Part shown: piece by piece, positions 31,340 through 41,683 of the stretch
Numbering within the stretch: position 1 is the first letter of the stretch
Layout: every line of letters begins with the position of its first letter
From: a virus
Virus record (IMG/VR): IMGVR_UViG_3300032213_001531
Span: 40,994 to 104,993 of that record
Reading direction: 5' to 3' (one strand)
Length of the DNA stretch: 64,000 nt
Program-made: the position numbers and the translations under genes
Notes under the pieces: model-generated
Told to the model about the DNA's origin: nothing
Seen by the model: only the letters and a program-made list of their open reading frames with translations
Databases searched by the model: none

Positions 31340-34300
31340 TTAGATAGCGTTTTGAGTGTTACTTGTCCACAAAACATCTTGATAGAATAGGTATTGGTAA
31401 GACCCAAACTTTAAAACCTTATCTGGACCATCTCCTACAATAATTTTATTGGTTCCTGTGTAAATCTTATAAATAATTGATGGATCTACCCCATAATAAC
31501 TGCTAGAGGCAAGAATCAAAACATTGTTCCAAGTAACACTTGGTGAATCCCAGTAATTCCAGTCAAGCTCAGTAGATATGTCTGTCTTAACTTTAAACCA
31601 CGGTCTGTTTACTACCTTTTGCTTTTCTTGTAAATTTGTTGATTGATAATAAGAAATAGTATTAGTTAAAATTGGGCCAGTTATTTTAATTGATCCAACG
31701 ATATTTGAAAAATTGAGAGCATTTGTAAATGAAAGACCTAAGAACCCCCAGTCCTTGGTAGTAATTATAGGCTCTTTAACAACTTTACCATTCCAGTAAA
31801 ATCCAATATCATTTGAAAGCTGACCACTATTTGCATCAATGGCATAAAGTTTTGCTCTTCTGCCTTGTGGATCATTAGCAACCATGTAAATCTTAATTAC
31901 TTTATCCCTTGACTCAATCTCAAATATTTCTGTTGCTGCAAATGGAAAAAAGTCTTGAGTATATCTAATTGCTGCCTGGATTGCAATAACCTTAAACGAG
32001 TTTACTGCATTTTGATTTATTGGAATTGATATGCCACGATTTATAAGTGAATCATGGGTTCCCTTAATCTCAATACCGCTATGCCTTGTTGTGTAAAGAT
32101 ATGGAGAGCTTCCCTTATATATAGTAAATGGGTTTGCACCTTTATAGTCATAATAGATGCCTGTTTTTTTGTATGGATAAATAGACGTTCCAAACCTTGT
32201 GCCAATAGGATTTGGAGATACATCATTGAAGGCTTGAGAACAAATTTGCAAACTCTTAATATTAACTTTATTTTTTAAAGAAGATTTAACAGTAAAATCA
32301 ACGTGTGTAACTACAGCAATATCCAAAATATCCGAAGTTTTTGGAGGATACAAAATTGTGTTATTAACTACTTCATATTTTGTGTTTATCCAATTAATCC
32401 CTGGTTCAATAACTCCTTCTTTGGGAGCCAGCTCAGAATAGGTAAAAAATTCATCGATTGCATTTGCTCCAGAAGATAGGTACTCAAAAGATATATGAGT
32501 CTTTACCATTGATTTAGATGTATCATATTTATAGTTTTTAATTGACTTGTTTTGCAAATCTGAGTAATCGTTATAGCCTGTATACAGCTGATTGTCTAAA
32601 GACTCATAGGTTCTTTGTACTGGAATCGCATATTGTTCTTTAAGCTCTTGATATGTCCAAGTACCAGAAGACTGCTCTTCAACAAACTTTGAGGGTTCTG
32701 GATAGTTGATATTAAATTGCAAGAAATCTAAGTCGTAATAGAAATCGTTCTTTGCATCTTTTACATATTGAGCAAAATAAGAAAGCGGAACATAGTCTTT
32801 CCAAGAACCGTTAATGTCAATATCTAAACTGTATTCACCAAAGTATACAACTGGGGATAGCGTATAGCTTGCTGTGTGGTTAATAAGCATATATGTTGAA
32901 AATCCTGAAGGACTACCGCCATCCAATAAAAATTGCCAATAGGATGCTTGATTTCCAAAGTAAGTTTCTCCAGCATCGTAATCTACAAGGCTTCCATATA
33001 AATTAAAAACATTTTCATAATTTACTGGAACACCAATATCGTTAAAAAAATCTTTGATTTGCTGATAGTTTTTATTATTAGAAAATCCTACATTATAGAT
33101 ATTTCCATTAAAAGTATTCTCTAGTTCTTTTTTGCCACCAACATAAAATCTTAAACTACCACGATTTCCAAAAAATGAGGATACATTTCCACCAAAATTA
33201 CTTACAAAAGAATCTATATGAATTCCAGAAACAAATGTCTCTCCTGTTGAATATCCATATGATTCATATATTGTTTGTAGGACTCCATTATAATTTAGAT
33301 TATAGGAAATAGTACTACCATTTAAAGAAATTTCAAAATAATCATTTGAGTCTGCAGAGTCAATATAAATAAGAGTTTCATTGGTTGCTGGTGACTTGGA
33401 TTTAAATATTCCATAAAAACACTTAATTTCTTCTTGTAAGAAGCTTAAATTATTAAATAAAAGATATCCCTCGGAATAATCCCAAGAGTCTAGACCTCCA
33501 GGATATAAAGAAAAGAATAGATCAGACTCATTTTGACTAGATGCATTATCTGAATAAAAATCTTGCTCAGTTTTATTACTTATAACAATATCAGGAAGAA
33601 AGTATTCAGGAGTTGACAAAATTCCATTATTAGTTGTAAGATTGTCTACAGATCCCTGATTCCAATTAACCATATTAGGATAAGAGTGATTGTTTGTATA
33701 ATCTGCAAAAGGATAGTCAATAAAAACAGATGTTCCGCTATAGGACTGGTTTATTCCTTCTGGAAACTCAACGCCTTGGCCATACACAAATCTTCTTGTT
33801 GCAACAATAGAAGAAACTCTATAAGGATAAACTGCAATACAGTCAACTTGAAAAGGATAAACATCCTCATAAGACCAAAAAGCAAGCCAATCATTGCTTA
33901 GTCCTTCTGAAGAAATTTCTGGAAATTCTAGATCTGTAGTTAAATATGTTAAAGAAATTACCTCTTCTCCATTAACCAACAAGGAAGAACTGTTTTCTGA
34001 AACAGTTATATGGATTAACATAGGTCTGTCCCATTCACCAACAAAGTAAGACCCAATGCTTGATCCTATTTTAAGGATAAGAAAGGATCCATTAACCCAT
34101 AAACCATTATCCCCCCTAAGATTTCCAAATATCTTTTTAGGTTCTGTACAATCTACAGCTACCTTTAACCACATCTCAAAAGTGTAGTTTTTATATTGAC
34201 CAATTTTATTTAAAAAGCCTTTTCCTGGAACTATTAAAGAAGGACTGCCATTGGAGCTTGGAGACATGGCCGTAACATTAGAGGATCCGTAAACAATTGG

Positions 34301-35053
34301 AAGTCCCGAATTTTTAGATAAAAGTGTTTCATTCTCTGTTAAGTAATAGCCAAACTCTTCTTCTAATCCATAAGAATATGCTTTTATTCCTTTTGTTGTA
34401 GATGAAAAAATTCCAGTTGGCAAAGTTTGAGGACTTATGCCCAAAGAATATGACTGAAACTCTTCACTCCATTGCCCAACAGTAACTCCATTAATTAAAA
34501 ACAAATAGTCTTCTGCAGACAAAGATCCAGACAAATAGTTTATCTTAACAACAATTCTAACCGTTGCACTTTCTGGAAGAACGCTAAAAGTTTCAGAAAC
34601 AAAAAACCATTGATCTGTTAATGAGATATCAAAACTTTTTAAATGTTGTACAGTAGAAGAGGTTGTTGTATCGTAATACTCATATCCAATTTCAACACTA
34701 TTTATATATTGACTTAAAGAATATAGACAGGCTCCTACAGAAAATGTTGACAGATCAGAACTAAAGTCATTAAAGTTTAATATATCATCACTTATTGCAA
34801 CTATCTGCTCTATAGGATTAGAAGGGACATCAGCAGAAAATAAACCAACATAGCTTTCAGGAAATGGTTGATCGTTTACTGGGTAATCAAAGTTAAATGA
34901 CTCTGAAAAACCATTAGTTATTGTCCAGTTTGATAGATTTCTTTGAGATTCAGTGATTAAAGATATGTAGTCAACCTTGTCATCCAATGCCCACAAAGCC
35001 AATGGATGTTCCGCAAAAATCTTTTCAGCATATAAGTTAGATGGGTTAGTCAT
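31340..35053 (-). CDS. large virion-associated protein with LamG/concanavalin-like domain (putative)
   Basis: HPLALWALDD N-terminus; YTFEMWLK...PMLIHITV...LLVNGEEV LamG-like pattern. Confidence 0.6.
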   Translation of the reverse strand: MTNPSNLYAEKIFAEHPLALWALDDKVDYISLITESQRNLSNWTITNGFSESFNFDYPVNDQPFPESYVGLFSADVPSNPIEQIVAISDDILNFNDFSSDLSTFSVGACLYSLSQYINSVEIGYEYYDTTTSSTVQHLKSFDISLTDQWFFVSETFSVLPESATVRIVVKINYLSGSLSAEDYLFLINGVTVGQWSEEFQSYSLGISPQTLPTGIFSSTTKGIKAYSYGLEEEFGYYLTENETLLSKNSGLPIVYGSSNVTAMSPSSNGSPSLIVPGKGFLNKIGQYKNYTFEMWLKVAVDCTEPKKIFGNLRGDNGLWVNGSFLILKIGSSIGSYFVGEWDRPMLIHITVSENSSSLLVNGEEVISLTYLTTDLEFPEISSEGLSNDWLAFWSYEDVYPFQVDCIAVYPYRVSSIVATRRFVYGQGVEFPEGINQSYSGTSVFIDYPFADYTNNHSYPNMVNWNQGSVDNLTTNNGILSTPEYFLPDIVISNKTEQDFYSDNASSQNESDLFFSLYPGGLDSWDYSEGYLLFNNLSFLQEEIKCFYGIFKSKSPATNETLIYIDSADSNDYFEISLNGSTISYNLNYNGVLQTIYESYGYSTGETFVSGIHIDSFVSNFGGNVSSFFGNRGSLRFYVGGKKELENTFNGNIYNVGFSNNKNYQQIKDFFNDIGVPVNYENVFNLYGSLVDYDAGETYFGNQASYWQFLLDGGSPSGFSTYMLINHTASYTLSPVVYFGEYSLDIDINGSWKDYVPLSYFAQYVKDAKNDFYYDLDFLQFNINYPEPSKFVEEQSSGTWTYQELKEQYAIPVQRTYESLDNQLYTGYNDYSDLQNKSIKNYKYDTSKSMVKTHISFEYLSSGANAIDEFFTYSELAPKEGVIEPGINWINTKYEVVNNTILYPPKTSDILDIAVVTHVDFTVKSSLKNKVNIKSLQICSQAFNDVSPNPIGTRFGTSIYPYKKTGIYYDYKGANPFTIYKGSSPYLYTTRHSGIEIKGTHDSLINRGISIPINQNAVNSFKVIAIQAAIRYTQDFFPFAATEIFEIESRDKVIKIYMVANDPQGRRAKLYAIDANSGQLSNDIGFYWNGKVVKEPIITTKDWGFLGLSFTNALNFSNIVGSIKITGPILTNTISYYQSTNLQEKQKVVNRPWFKVKTDISTELDWNYWDSPSVTWNNVLILASSSYYGVDPSIIYKIYTGTNKIIVGDGPDKVLKFGSYQYLFYQDVLWTSNTQNAI

Positions 35054-35084
35054 AGTTCTCCTAACCTATTTTACCACAGAAGCC

Positions 35085-37115
35085 CTATTTAATTTTAATC
35101 TCACAGTAGTCTGTGGTGCAATAAGACTCTCCAAGTGCTTCAAGATTATCTACCCCGTCATAAATAGCAGAAAAATCAATATGTCCAATACGACCAATGT
35201 AATAATCATATTCTTCTTCTGTAATCTGAGTATAAGGTTGCTGAGGATAAGTATGATTTCCCATTGGAAGGAAGGACACTGCTTTTAGCTGACCCTCATA
35301 CATATGTAAGACTGTTGGAACGTGTTTAGACTCTGTTTCTTTATCAAAAGATAAAGTTACAGAAACTCCATTGTCAGACCAATACTTTTGGGCAGTGGCT
35401 GCAAGAGCAATCTTTTCAAATAAAGTTACATCCTTTTCAGATCTTGCATGACCTGATTTAACTGGGAAGTAAACTACTGACGTATTTGCTGATACTAAGT
35501 CATCTTCAATTTTATACCCTGCTGCTTTAAATAAATGAAGCATTGGATCGGTATTTCCAAAGCGAATAGCACGAAGGAAGAACTCTCCTCCTGGCCCCCA
35601 ATGAACTCCTGGTGTTGCTCCAGAAAGAATTGAAACAGATCCAGATGGCTTTACTGTTGTGACACGAATTGATTCACGAACGCAGAGCCACTCTGAATAT
35701 TGACGATCATACTTACGAATTGTATTATAACCTTCATCCATCCATTCACGAACTGCTGGCAATCCCTTTTGATCTGCAAATGAAGCAATGCCTGTAAGAG
35801 ATGTACCAATACGACGATTGCGCTGCATAATGCCATTTGTTTGTTGCCAGTATGTCGGAAGAAGTGTTACAGTCTTACCGTAAAGATAAGCAAACTTTAA
35901 TGTCTTGAGGAAGTCCTCCTTGGAATCATGACGATTTAAGTGCACCTCTACAAGTGTACAAAGTTCGTATGATTCTAATGGCTGCTCCGCACAAGGATTA
36001 AAGCCCATAACACGATAGTCTTTTCCATCCGCAGGATCTGCAAGACGACCATAGTTACGAGCAACATCAAGCCAAATAAAACCTGGCTCTCCATTGTTTA
36101 CAATTAAATCTGTATATTTTTCATAGTCCATTCCAACTGTTGCTGAAATGGAATTATTAGACATCCAAGCCCAACCTGGATTATCTGAGTCATACGAGTT
36201 GCGCTCTGGAAATATTTCTGGATTTTTGAGATTAATAAAGTCTTCATCCCCTGGAGCACCAAGAGCAAGTGTTGCAGAACGACGTACATTTCCTGAAACA
36301 ACACATGTTCCAATCAAGTTAATGATATCCGTAATAGCACGAGAATCTAGGATTTCCCCTGCTCTGGAGCCAATGACATGATTGATCTTATCATGTAATG
36401 CAATAAGAGGTGCTGGACCGCTGGCAACCCCTCCAAAGCCTTTAATGGGTGCTCCTAGAGGTCTAATAAGGTCGTAATTAAACTTTTGAATAGGTTGATT
36501 TGATCTTAAGTAAGAGTTTAATAGTATACGTACTGATTCTACCCAACCTTCACGAGTATCTGGAATTTCAAATGTAACTGCTGGTTCTGTTGGAGCATAG
36601 ATAGAGAAATTCTTTTCTTGTCCTACTGTATCAAATCCTACACCAATACCAAGCATAAGAGCATCCATAACCCAAGCAAACAAAGCTCCTGGGTCATTCT
36701 TATCAAGATCTTTAGTAGATACCATTGCACAGTTTTGAAGGGCTGCTGAGTTTTTCTTTTCCATTGTCATTGCTGTACCAAATGTCCACATACCACGACC
36801 TGGAGGAGTCCACTTTAGCTCAAACATTCTTTGGAATGCTTCTTGTGCTGACTTCTGTGCCTTATTGTCATTCCATGAAAGACGATTATCTTTAGCATGA
36901 TTCTTTTGAACTGAGTACATTCCTTCAATTACACGGCGACAAACTTCATGCCAACGTTCTTTTGTTCCATCTTCTTTAACACGAGAATAGGTACGAATAA
37001 AAGTAATTTCTCCTAAAGAGTTTTCCCCCGCATCTGAAAATCCAAATGGAGCTGGGATATTACTGTATTTATTTATAAAGTCCTCTGTTAAGCGAAAAGA
37101 AAAAATATCTGACAT
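35085..37115 (-). CDS. nrdJ: class II (adenosylcobalamin) ribonucleoside-triphosphate reductase
   Basis: PPGRG, NCA, GNVRRSA, FNPCAEQPL, TTVKPSG and C-terminal CTTDYC; no beta subunit nearby. Confidence 0.93.
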   Translation of the reverse strand: MSDIFSFRLTEDFINKYSNIPAPFGFSDAGENSLGEITFIRTYSRVKEDGTKERWHEVCRRVIEGMYSVQKNHAKDNRLSWNDNKAQKSAQEAFQRMFELKWTPPGRGMWTFGTAMTMEKKNSAALQNCAMVSTKDLDKNDPGALFAWVMDALMLGIGVGFDTVGQEKNFSIYAPTEPAVTFEIPDTREGWVESVRILLNSYLRSNQPIQKFNYDLIRPLGAPIKGFGGVASGPAPLIALHDKINHVIGSRAGEILDSRAITDIINLIGTCVVSGNVRRSATLALGAPGDEDFINLKNPEIFPERNSYDSDNPGWAWMSNNSISATVGMDYEKYTDLIVNNGEPGFIWLDVARNYGRLADPADGKDYRVMGFNPCAEQPLESYELCTLVEVHLNRHDSKEDFLKTLKFAYLYGKTVTLLPTYWQQTNGIMQRNRRIGTSLTGIASFADQKGLPAVREWMDEGYNTIRKYDRQYSEWLCVRESIRVTTVKPSGSVSILSGATPGVHWGPGGEFFLRAIRFGNTDPMLHLFKAAGYKIEDDLVSANTSVVYFPVKSGHARSEKDVTLFEKIALAATAQKYWSDNGVSVTLSFDKETESKHVPTVLHMYEGQLKAVSFLPMGNHTYPQQPYTQITEEEYDYYIGRIGHIDFSAIYDGVDNLEALGESYCTTDYCEIKIK

Positions 37116-37277
37116 TTGTTTGTGTTACCTTTCTAAAATTGATTAGTACTTTGCAAAATTCAAAGCAGTCCTAAGTATAGCATGAAATTTAAAAAGATTC
37201 TACGCTTAATTTTAATCTCTAAATCTATTGTTTATGGTTAGCACTTTTATATAACAAAAGTGTTATAAACAAAATAA

Positions 37278-37946
37278 TTAGCCATACTTGCTACTATGAA
37301 TATGACACATTTCAATTTCATTTATATTTACGTGACTTGGTAATGAGCCTACCCAATAAATTGCTTCTGCTAAATCCTCAGCAGTTAATGCTTGATCCCT
37401 TTTTTCTTCTTGGGTATCAATAGTTGCTGGACAAATTTCTGTAATCTTAATTCCAAACTGAGGAAACTCAAGTCTCATTGTGTCAATTAGGCCACGTTCA
37501 CCTCTCTTGGCATTTGTATAATTTCCTCCACCACGGTAAGGGACTTTACCACCAAAAGATGTAATAAAAATAATTGTTGGCGATTCTGATCTTTCCATAC
37601 AAGGAGCAAATAGTTGAGATAGGTACATTGGACCAGTGACATTTATGTCATAGGCTTTTCTAAAGTTTTCTGGTGTTTCATTAATAATAAAGGTTGGTCC
37701 AGATCCTCCGCCAGCATTATTTACTAAAAGGTCTAAAGTAATATCTTGATACTTATCAAAGAATTTTTCTATGGCTTGAGAATCTGTAACATCTAATTGA
37801 TAGACTTCAACATTATCAGAGACTAGTTTTGAAACTTTAGATAGGTTTCTTGAAACAGCAATAACCTTATAGCCGTTTTCAGACAGACGTTTAACTGTTG
37901 CTAAACCTACACCTTTGCTTGCTCCAGTTACAATTGCTGTTTTCAA
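37278..37946 (-). CDS. short-chain dehydrogenase/reductase (YdfG-like)
   Basis: TGASKGVG, NNAG, YTNAK catalytic motif. Confidence 0.9.
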   Translation of the reverse strand: MKTAIVTGASKGVGLATVKRLSENGYKVIAVSRNLSKVSKLVSDNVEVYQLDVTDSQAIEKFFDKYQDITLDLLVNNAGGGSGPTFIINETPENFRKAYDINVTGPMYLSQLFAPCMERSESPTIIFITSFGGKVPYRGGGNYTNAKRGERGLIDTMRLEFPQFGIKITEICPATIDTQEEKRDQALTAEDLAEAIYWVGSLPSHVNINEIEMCHIHSSKYG

Positions 37947-38678
37947 TTACATACTCTGGCTTTGATTAAGCTCCATATTATTATGGATCCAATGTCCAGG
38001 AATCATATACTTTACACCAGACTTAACTGTGTGTGCCGTGTGAAAATATGGAGCGTATGCTGGAAATATTACAACACTATTTTCTTTAGGCTTTACACCA
38101 AAACTAATAGCTTTATTTGCAACTGCAAGATCATAGTCTAACTCTACTGCTGGTGCGCCACTTACCCAACCTTCTGAGCTAGTCCATCCACCATCATAGT
38201 CCTTTAACTGAAAAGATATTTCTCCGCCTTCGCAGTCATCATTTAGATACATAACCAAAGAATATCTCAATGTTTTGTCGCCATCTAACTGATCAAAGTG
38301 TGCTCCCATAGCCATTCCAGTATTGTACTTTTTTATGTTAAATGTTGGGAAAAGCCTTGGTTCATCAAAGTCTCCCATAGAGGATGCATAGTCTTTACAA
38401 ACATTATACATCGTAGTCATAACGGCATCATAGATATATTTGCTTTTTTCTGCTACGTCTCCACTAAGATTGTTTATTGCATTAGCATCAAAAGTTTTTG
38501 TTTCTCCGTAGATAAAAGTTTTATCATTAGAAGATGTCCAAGGGTTCCAAACATTTACCCCTAACTCATCATACTGCTCAAGAGTGTCTAGCTCTTTCCA
38601 AACTTGTTTGAATTTATCAAAATTTTCAATTGCGTCAGTATAGTAATATACTTTTGGATCTAGTAGTTCTTTATTCAT
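37947..38678 (-). CDS. 2OG-Fe(II) oxygenase (prolyl 4-hydroxylase-like)
   Basis: HFD...YLNDDCEGGE...FH...K. Confidence 0.9.
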   Translation of the reverse strand: MNKELLDPKVYYYTDAIENFDKFKQVWKELDTLEQYDELGVNVWNPWTSSNDKTFIYGETKTFDANAINNLSGDVAEKSKYIYDAVMTTMYNVCKDYASSMGDFDEPRLFPTFNIKKYNTGMAMGAHFDQLDGDKTLRYSLVMYLNDDCEGGEISFQLKDYDGGWTSSEGWVSGAPAVELDYDLAVANKAISFGVKPKENSVVIFPAYAPYFHTAHTVKSGVKYMIPGHWIHNNMELNQSQSM

Positions 38679-38690
38679 TTGTTTCTCCCT

Positions 38691-39350
38691 TTAGTATCTA
38701 TTCTTTTCATAAAATCCTTTTTCTTTAATAAATCCAACCAAAACATATCTAATTGGTCCTGGACCTACATGTTTTACTCCATGATTATATTCTGCTGTGC
38801 CTGGAAAAATAAGCATTGATCCAGGATCAGGTTTAAACTCTAAACCATTGTTTGGAAAAAACAACTCTCCATCAACATAATCATTATTTAAATACAGAAT
38901 AGCAGCGTACCTAATTGATGGGTCTGTATCTTGATCTGTGTGAGCTTTTAACTCGACACCCTCTTGCATCCTTTGAATAGTTGCAAAACCACTTAACTCT
39001 ATGGTATCGTCAACATTTTGAACTAAATCATTTAGTCTATTAAAAAAATCTTTTTGAAATGAATGATTGCTAATGTTTAAATTTTTATCTTGCCAATTTT
39101 GAGTTATTTCAAATTTACCTTCAGCAACTAAATTATCAACATCATCTCTGCCAAATTTTTGCATACAAAAGTTTTTTAGGTTACCATGATACTCTACAAA
39201 CCACTCTTCATTGGGCGTTGTATTAATAATATCAAAAACTTTATCTAAATCTTCTTTAGAGAAAAAATCTTTTACCAACAAGACATCGTCAGTAATTTCT
39301 TCAATTTGAAAACTATTTTCCTCTAAAATGTTTTTTAAGAAGTTAGACAT
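38691..39350 (-). CDS. 2OG-Fe(II) oxygenase (P4H-like)
   Basis: HTD...YLNNDYVDGE...HGV...R. Confidence 0.9.
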   Translation of the reverse strand: MSNFLKNILEENSFQIEEITDDVLLVKDFFSKEDLDKVFDIINTTPNEEWFVEYHGNLKNFCMQKFGRDDVDNLVAEGKFEITQNWQDKNLNISNHSFQKDFFNRLNDLVQNVDDTIELSGFATIQRMQEGVELKAHTDQDTDPSIRYAAILYLNNDYVDGELFFPNNGLEFKPDPGSMLIFPGTAEYNHGVKHVGPGPIRYVLVGFIKEKGFYEKNRY

Positions 39351-40101
39351 TATTTCCTAAATCCTCAACTTTGTACTTGTTTCCATCAGCATCTAGCTTC
39401 CAACCTTCTTTTAAAAGATCTTGCCATTCAGCTCTTTCAATTTCTTGTTTAGCTCTAGTCTCTTTCATCTCTGCAGCCCAGGCATCTCTTAGCTCTTGTG
39501 GATAAGCATCTTCTTCTCTATCATCCCAGAAAGATCCTATAGTGTATCTTACTCCACTTTCTATTAATGATACTTCGTGCATATTGCTAAATCCCCCGTC
39601 AAAAACAGCAAGCATTCCAACTTCTGGTTTAATCTCTATGTTATGACTTGGAAACTTAAGCAGTCCCCCCTCAAAGTCATCGTTTAGATATAGGAACCCT
39701 GCATAACGACTTCTTGTAAAGGCTCCAGAATTTCCTTCAGCATCTGTGTTATCTGAATGAATTCTTGCGTATGCTCCTGGCTCCCATTTTTGAGTATGGT
39801 ATCCAATTTTAGAAATTGTTTTTGGATCAAGGTCATGTACTGAAGCAATTGCCTCTGGCATTGTTTTTTCAATGTCTGAAAAAATAGTTGGAGATAGTCC
39901 AGCGTCAAGCAATTCTTTATCGTTGTCTTGTGGCAGTACTGAAGAATATGACTCATAAAAAGAAATAGGCATCCAAGAAAGTGCACCATTATCTGCCTGA
40001 GCATCTAATGCTTGAATCATTTTTTTGCAATCTTCTTTACTTATAAAGTTCTTATAAATAACTATATCTTTTGTTAGTCTAACTTTATCGTTTAGGTTCA
40101 T
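39343..40101 (-). CDS. 2OG-Fe(II) oxygenase (P4H-like)
   Basis: HSD...YLNDDFEGG...HEV...R. Confidence 0.9.
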   Translation of the reverse strand: MNLNDKVRLTKDIVIYKNFISKEDCKKMIQALDAQADNGALSWMPISFYESYSSVLPQDNDKELLDAGLSPTIFSDIEKTMPEAIASVHDLDPKTISKIGYHTQKWEPGAYARIHSDNTDAEGNSGAFTRSRYAGFLYLNDDFEGGLLKFPSHNIEIKPEVGMLAVFDGGFSNMHEVSLIESGVRYTIGSFWDDREEDAYPQELRDAWAAEMKETRAKQEIERAEWQDLLKEGWKLDADGNKYKVEDLGNNV

Positions 40102-40985
40102 TGTATTCTTACTCCATTTTCTATTACAGCTCTTTGCGGATGCTTTAGTCTAAACTGCTCGTCTAAATCTTTTTGCATTTCCGCCCAAACATCTTTTCCA
40201 AACTCTTTTTCTTTTTCATACCAATCATCAGTTCCTTTTTGATATTTTTGCCAATACATTCTTGACAAGAACTTATTATTTTTATATGATGGCATAACTC
40301 CATGTAAATATGGTTTTCCTTCTTCTGTCAGATAGTCTGGGTGTCCTGATGGAAAAACTAAAACATCTCCTGCTTCTGGTTTATACTTTACAAGCTTATC
40401 TCCCATTGCAAAATCAATCTCGCCACCCTCGTAGTTATCATTAAAATATATTGTAGATGTTATTACAAACTTATATCCTGGAGTATGACCTTGCTCTCTT
40501 ATATAGTCTGAATGATAGTTCATTCCAACCGTACTATATTCATTGCTTACATGGTATTTGCCTATTGTTCCGCCAGCCCATCTCCAAGTTGGAATAGGAT
40601 TGCCATCATCGTCTATAGACATTGCATCTAAATCTACGTCTAAATTATGACTCTTGATATAGTCTTCTGTAGCTAAATAAAAATTGTCCATCATTTCAAT
40701 TACAAAGTTTTTATGATTTTCTTGCGTTTCTGTTGATGTTTCTACATCTTTCATATTTCCATATCTATCATTCATAGAGAATTGAGGAGTTATTGGATTT
40801 AAGTATTCTCCAAAAACAGACCAAGTGGTCCAAGGATTAAACAAACCGTCTTCTGTTTCCGATAAAGAATCTGTTAAAATTTTATAAGATTTTTCAATAT
40901 CTTTAAAAAGATTTTTGTACACAACAATATTTGGATATATTTCTATTGACTCAAGTTTATTATTGTTTGGCCAAGGATATGTCAT
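40098..40985 (-). CDS. 2OG-Fe(II) oxygenase (P4H-like)
   Basis: HSD...YFNDNYEGGE...HGV...K. Confidence 0.9.
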   Translation of the reverse strand: MTYPWPNNNKLESIEIYPNIVVYKNLFKDIEKSYKILTDSLSETEDGLFNPWTTWSVFGEYLNPITPQFSMNDRYGNMKDVETSTETQENHKNFVIEMMDNFYLATEDYIKSHNLDVDLDAMSIDDDGNPIPTWRWAGGTIGKYHVSNEYSTVGMNYHSDYIREQGHTPGYKFVITSTIYFNDNYEGGEIDFAMGDKLVKYKPEAGDVLVFPSGHPDYLTEEGKPYLHGVMPSYKNNKFLSRMYWQKYQKGTDDWYEKEKEFGKDVWAEMQKDLDEQFRLKHPQRAVIENGVRIQ

Positions 40986-41665
40986 TATGGTTGCCTATCT
41001 CCTGTATGCTTTGTAATTTCCCAGAAAAATGGGCATGTAAATCTTAGGCCACTTTTGATTTCAGTAACTCCATGAATATAGTTTTTATCTCCTGGGAAGA
41101 AGTATGCAGCTCCTTTTTTAGGCTTAAACTGCACACCTTGTAAAGGGAAGTATAGCTCTCCACCCTCATAGTCATCATTTAAATAAAACAAACTTGAAAG
41201 ATCATAGTTTGGAAAATCATTAGGGGTTCCAGCATCAGGTCCCTCGTGCAATTCTTTATCAGCATGAGGCTTTTGAAATTGTCCAGGAAGCCATTTAACA
41301 ATAGTTGTTCCAGTTGGATGAACCTCTACTTTGTAAAAATCTTCAACTATTGGCTTTAGTCTTTGAAACAAACCAGCAATAACTGGTGCAATTGTAGGGT
41401 CATTTTTATCTAAACTTGGAGTTGTTGCAACTCTATCTTTCCAATAGTCAGAATCGTAAGTAACAGTTCCATTTTCATTCATGTGGCTTTCGGTTACATC
41501 CCAAATTGTCAAAGATTTGGCAGCTTTTTCTAAAAACTCAATTTCTTCTTGAGTCATAAAATTTTCTAGCTCAACAATCATGTCTTTGCTATCTCCAAAC
41601 CAACCAGATGGAGTTATAGATGGTGTTCTTTTAACTACTGTGTACGACTCGTTATTTTGTTCCAT
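40985..41665 (-). CDS. 2OG-Fe(II) oxygenase (P4H-like)
   Basis: HAD...YLNDDYEGGE...HGV...R. Confidence 0.9.
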   Translation of the reverse strand: MEQNNESYTVVKRTPSITPSGWFGDSKDMIVELENFMTQEEIEFLEKAAKSLTIWDVTESHMNENGTVTYDSDYWKDRVATTPSLDKNDPTIAPVIAGLFQRLKPIVEDFYKVEVHPTGTTIVKWLPGQFQKPHADKELHEGPDAGTPNDFPNYDLSSLFYLNDDYEGGELYFPLQGVQFKPKKGAAYFFPGDKNYIHGVTEIKSGLRFTCPFFWEITKHTGDRQP

Positions 41666-41683
41666 GTTTTATTATACCATTTC

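Noticed and set aside
7148-36381. Numerous plus-strand ORFs antisense to structural genes (e.g. 11867..12281, 20394..20951, 27967..28773)
   Set aside because: Antisense shadows of long coding genes, lacking RBS or motifs.
35085-37115. Intein or intron in nrdJ (also checked dnaB)
   Set aside because: Both ORFs are continuous, of normal length, and lack splicing motifs.
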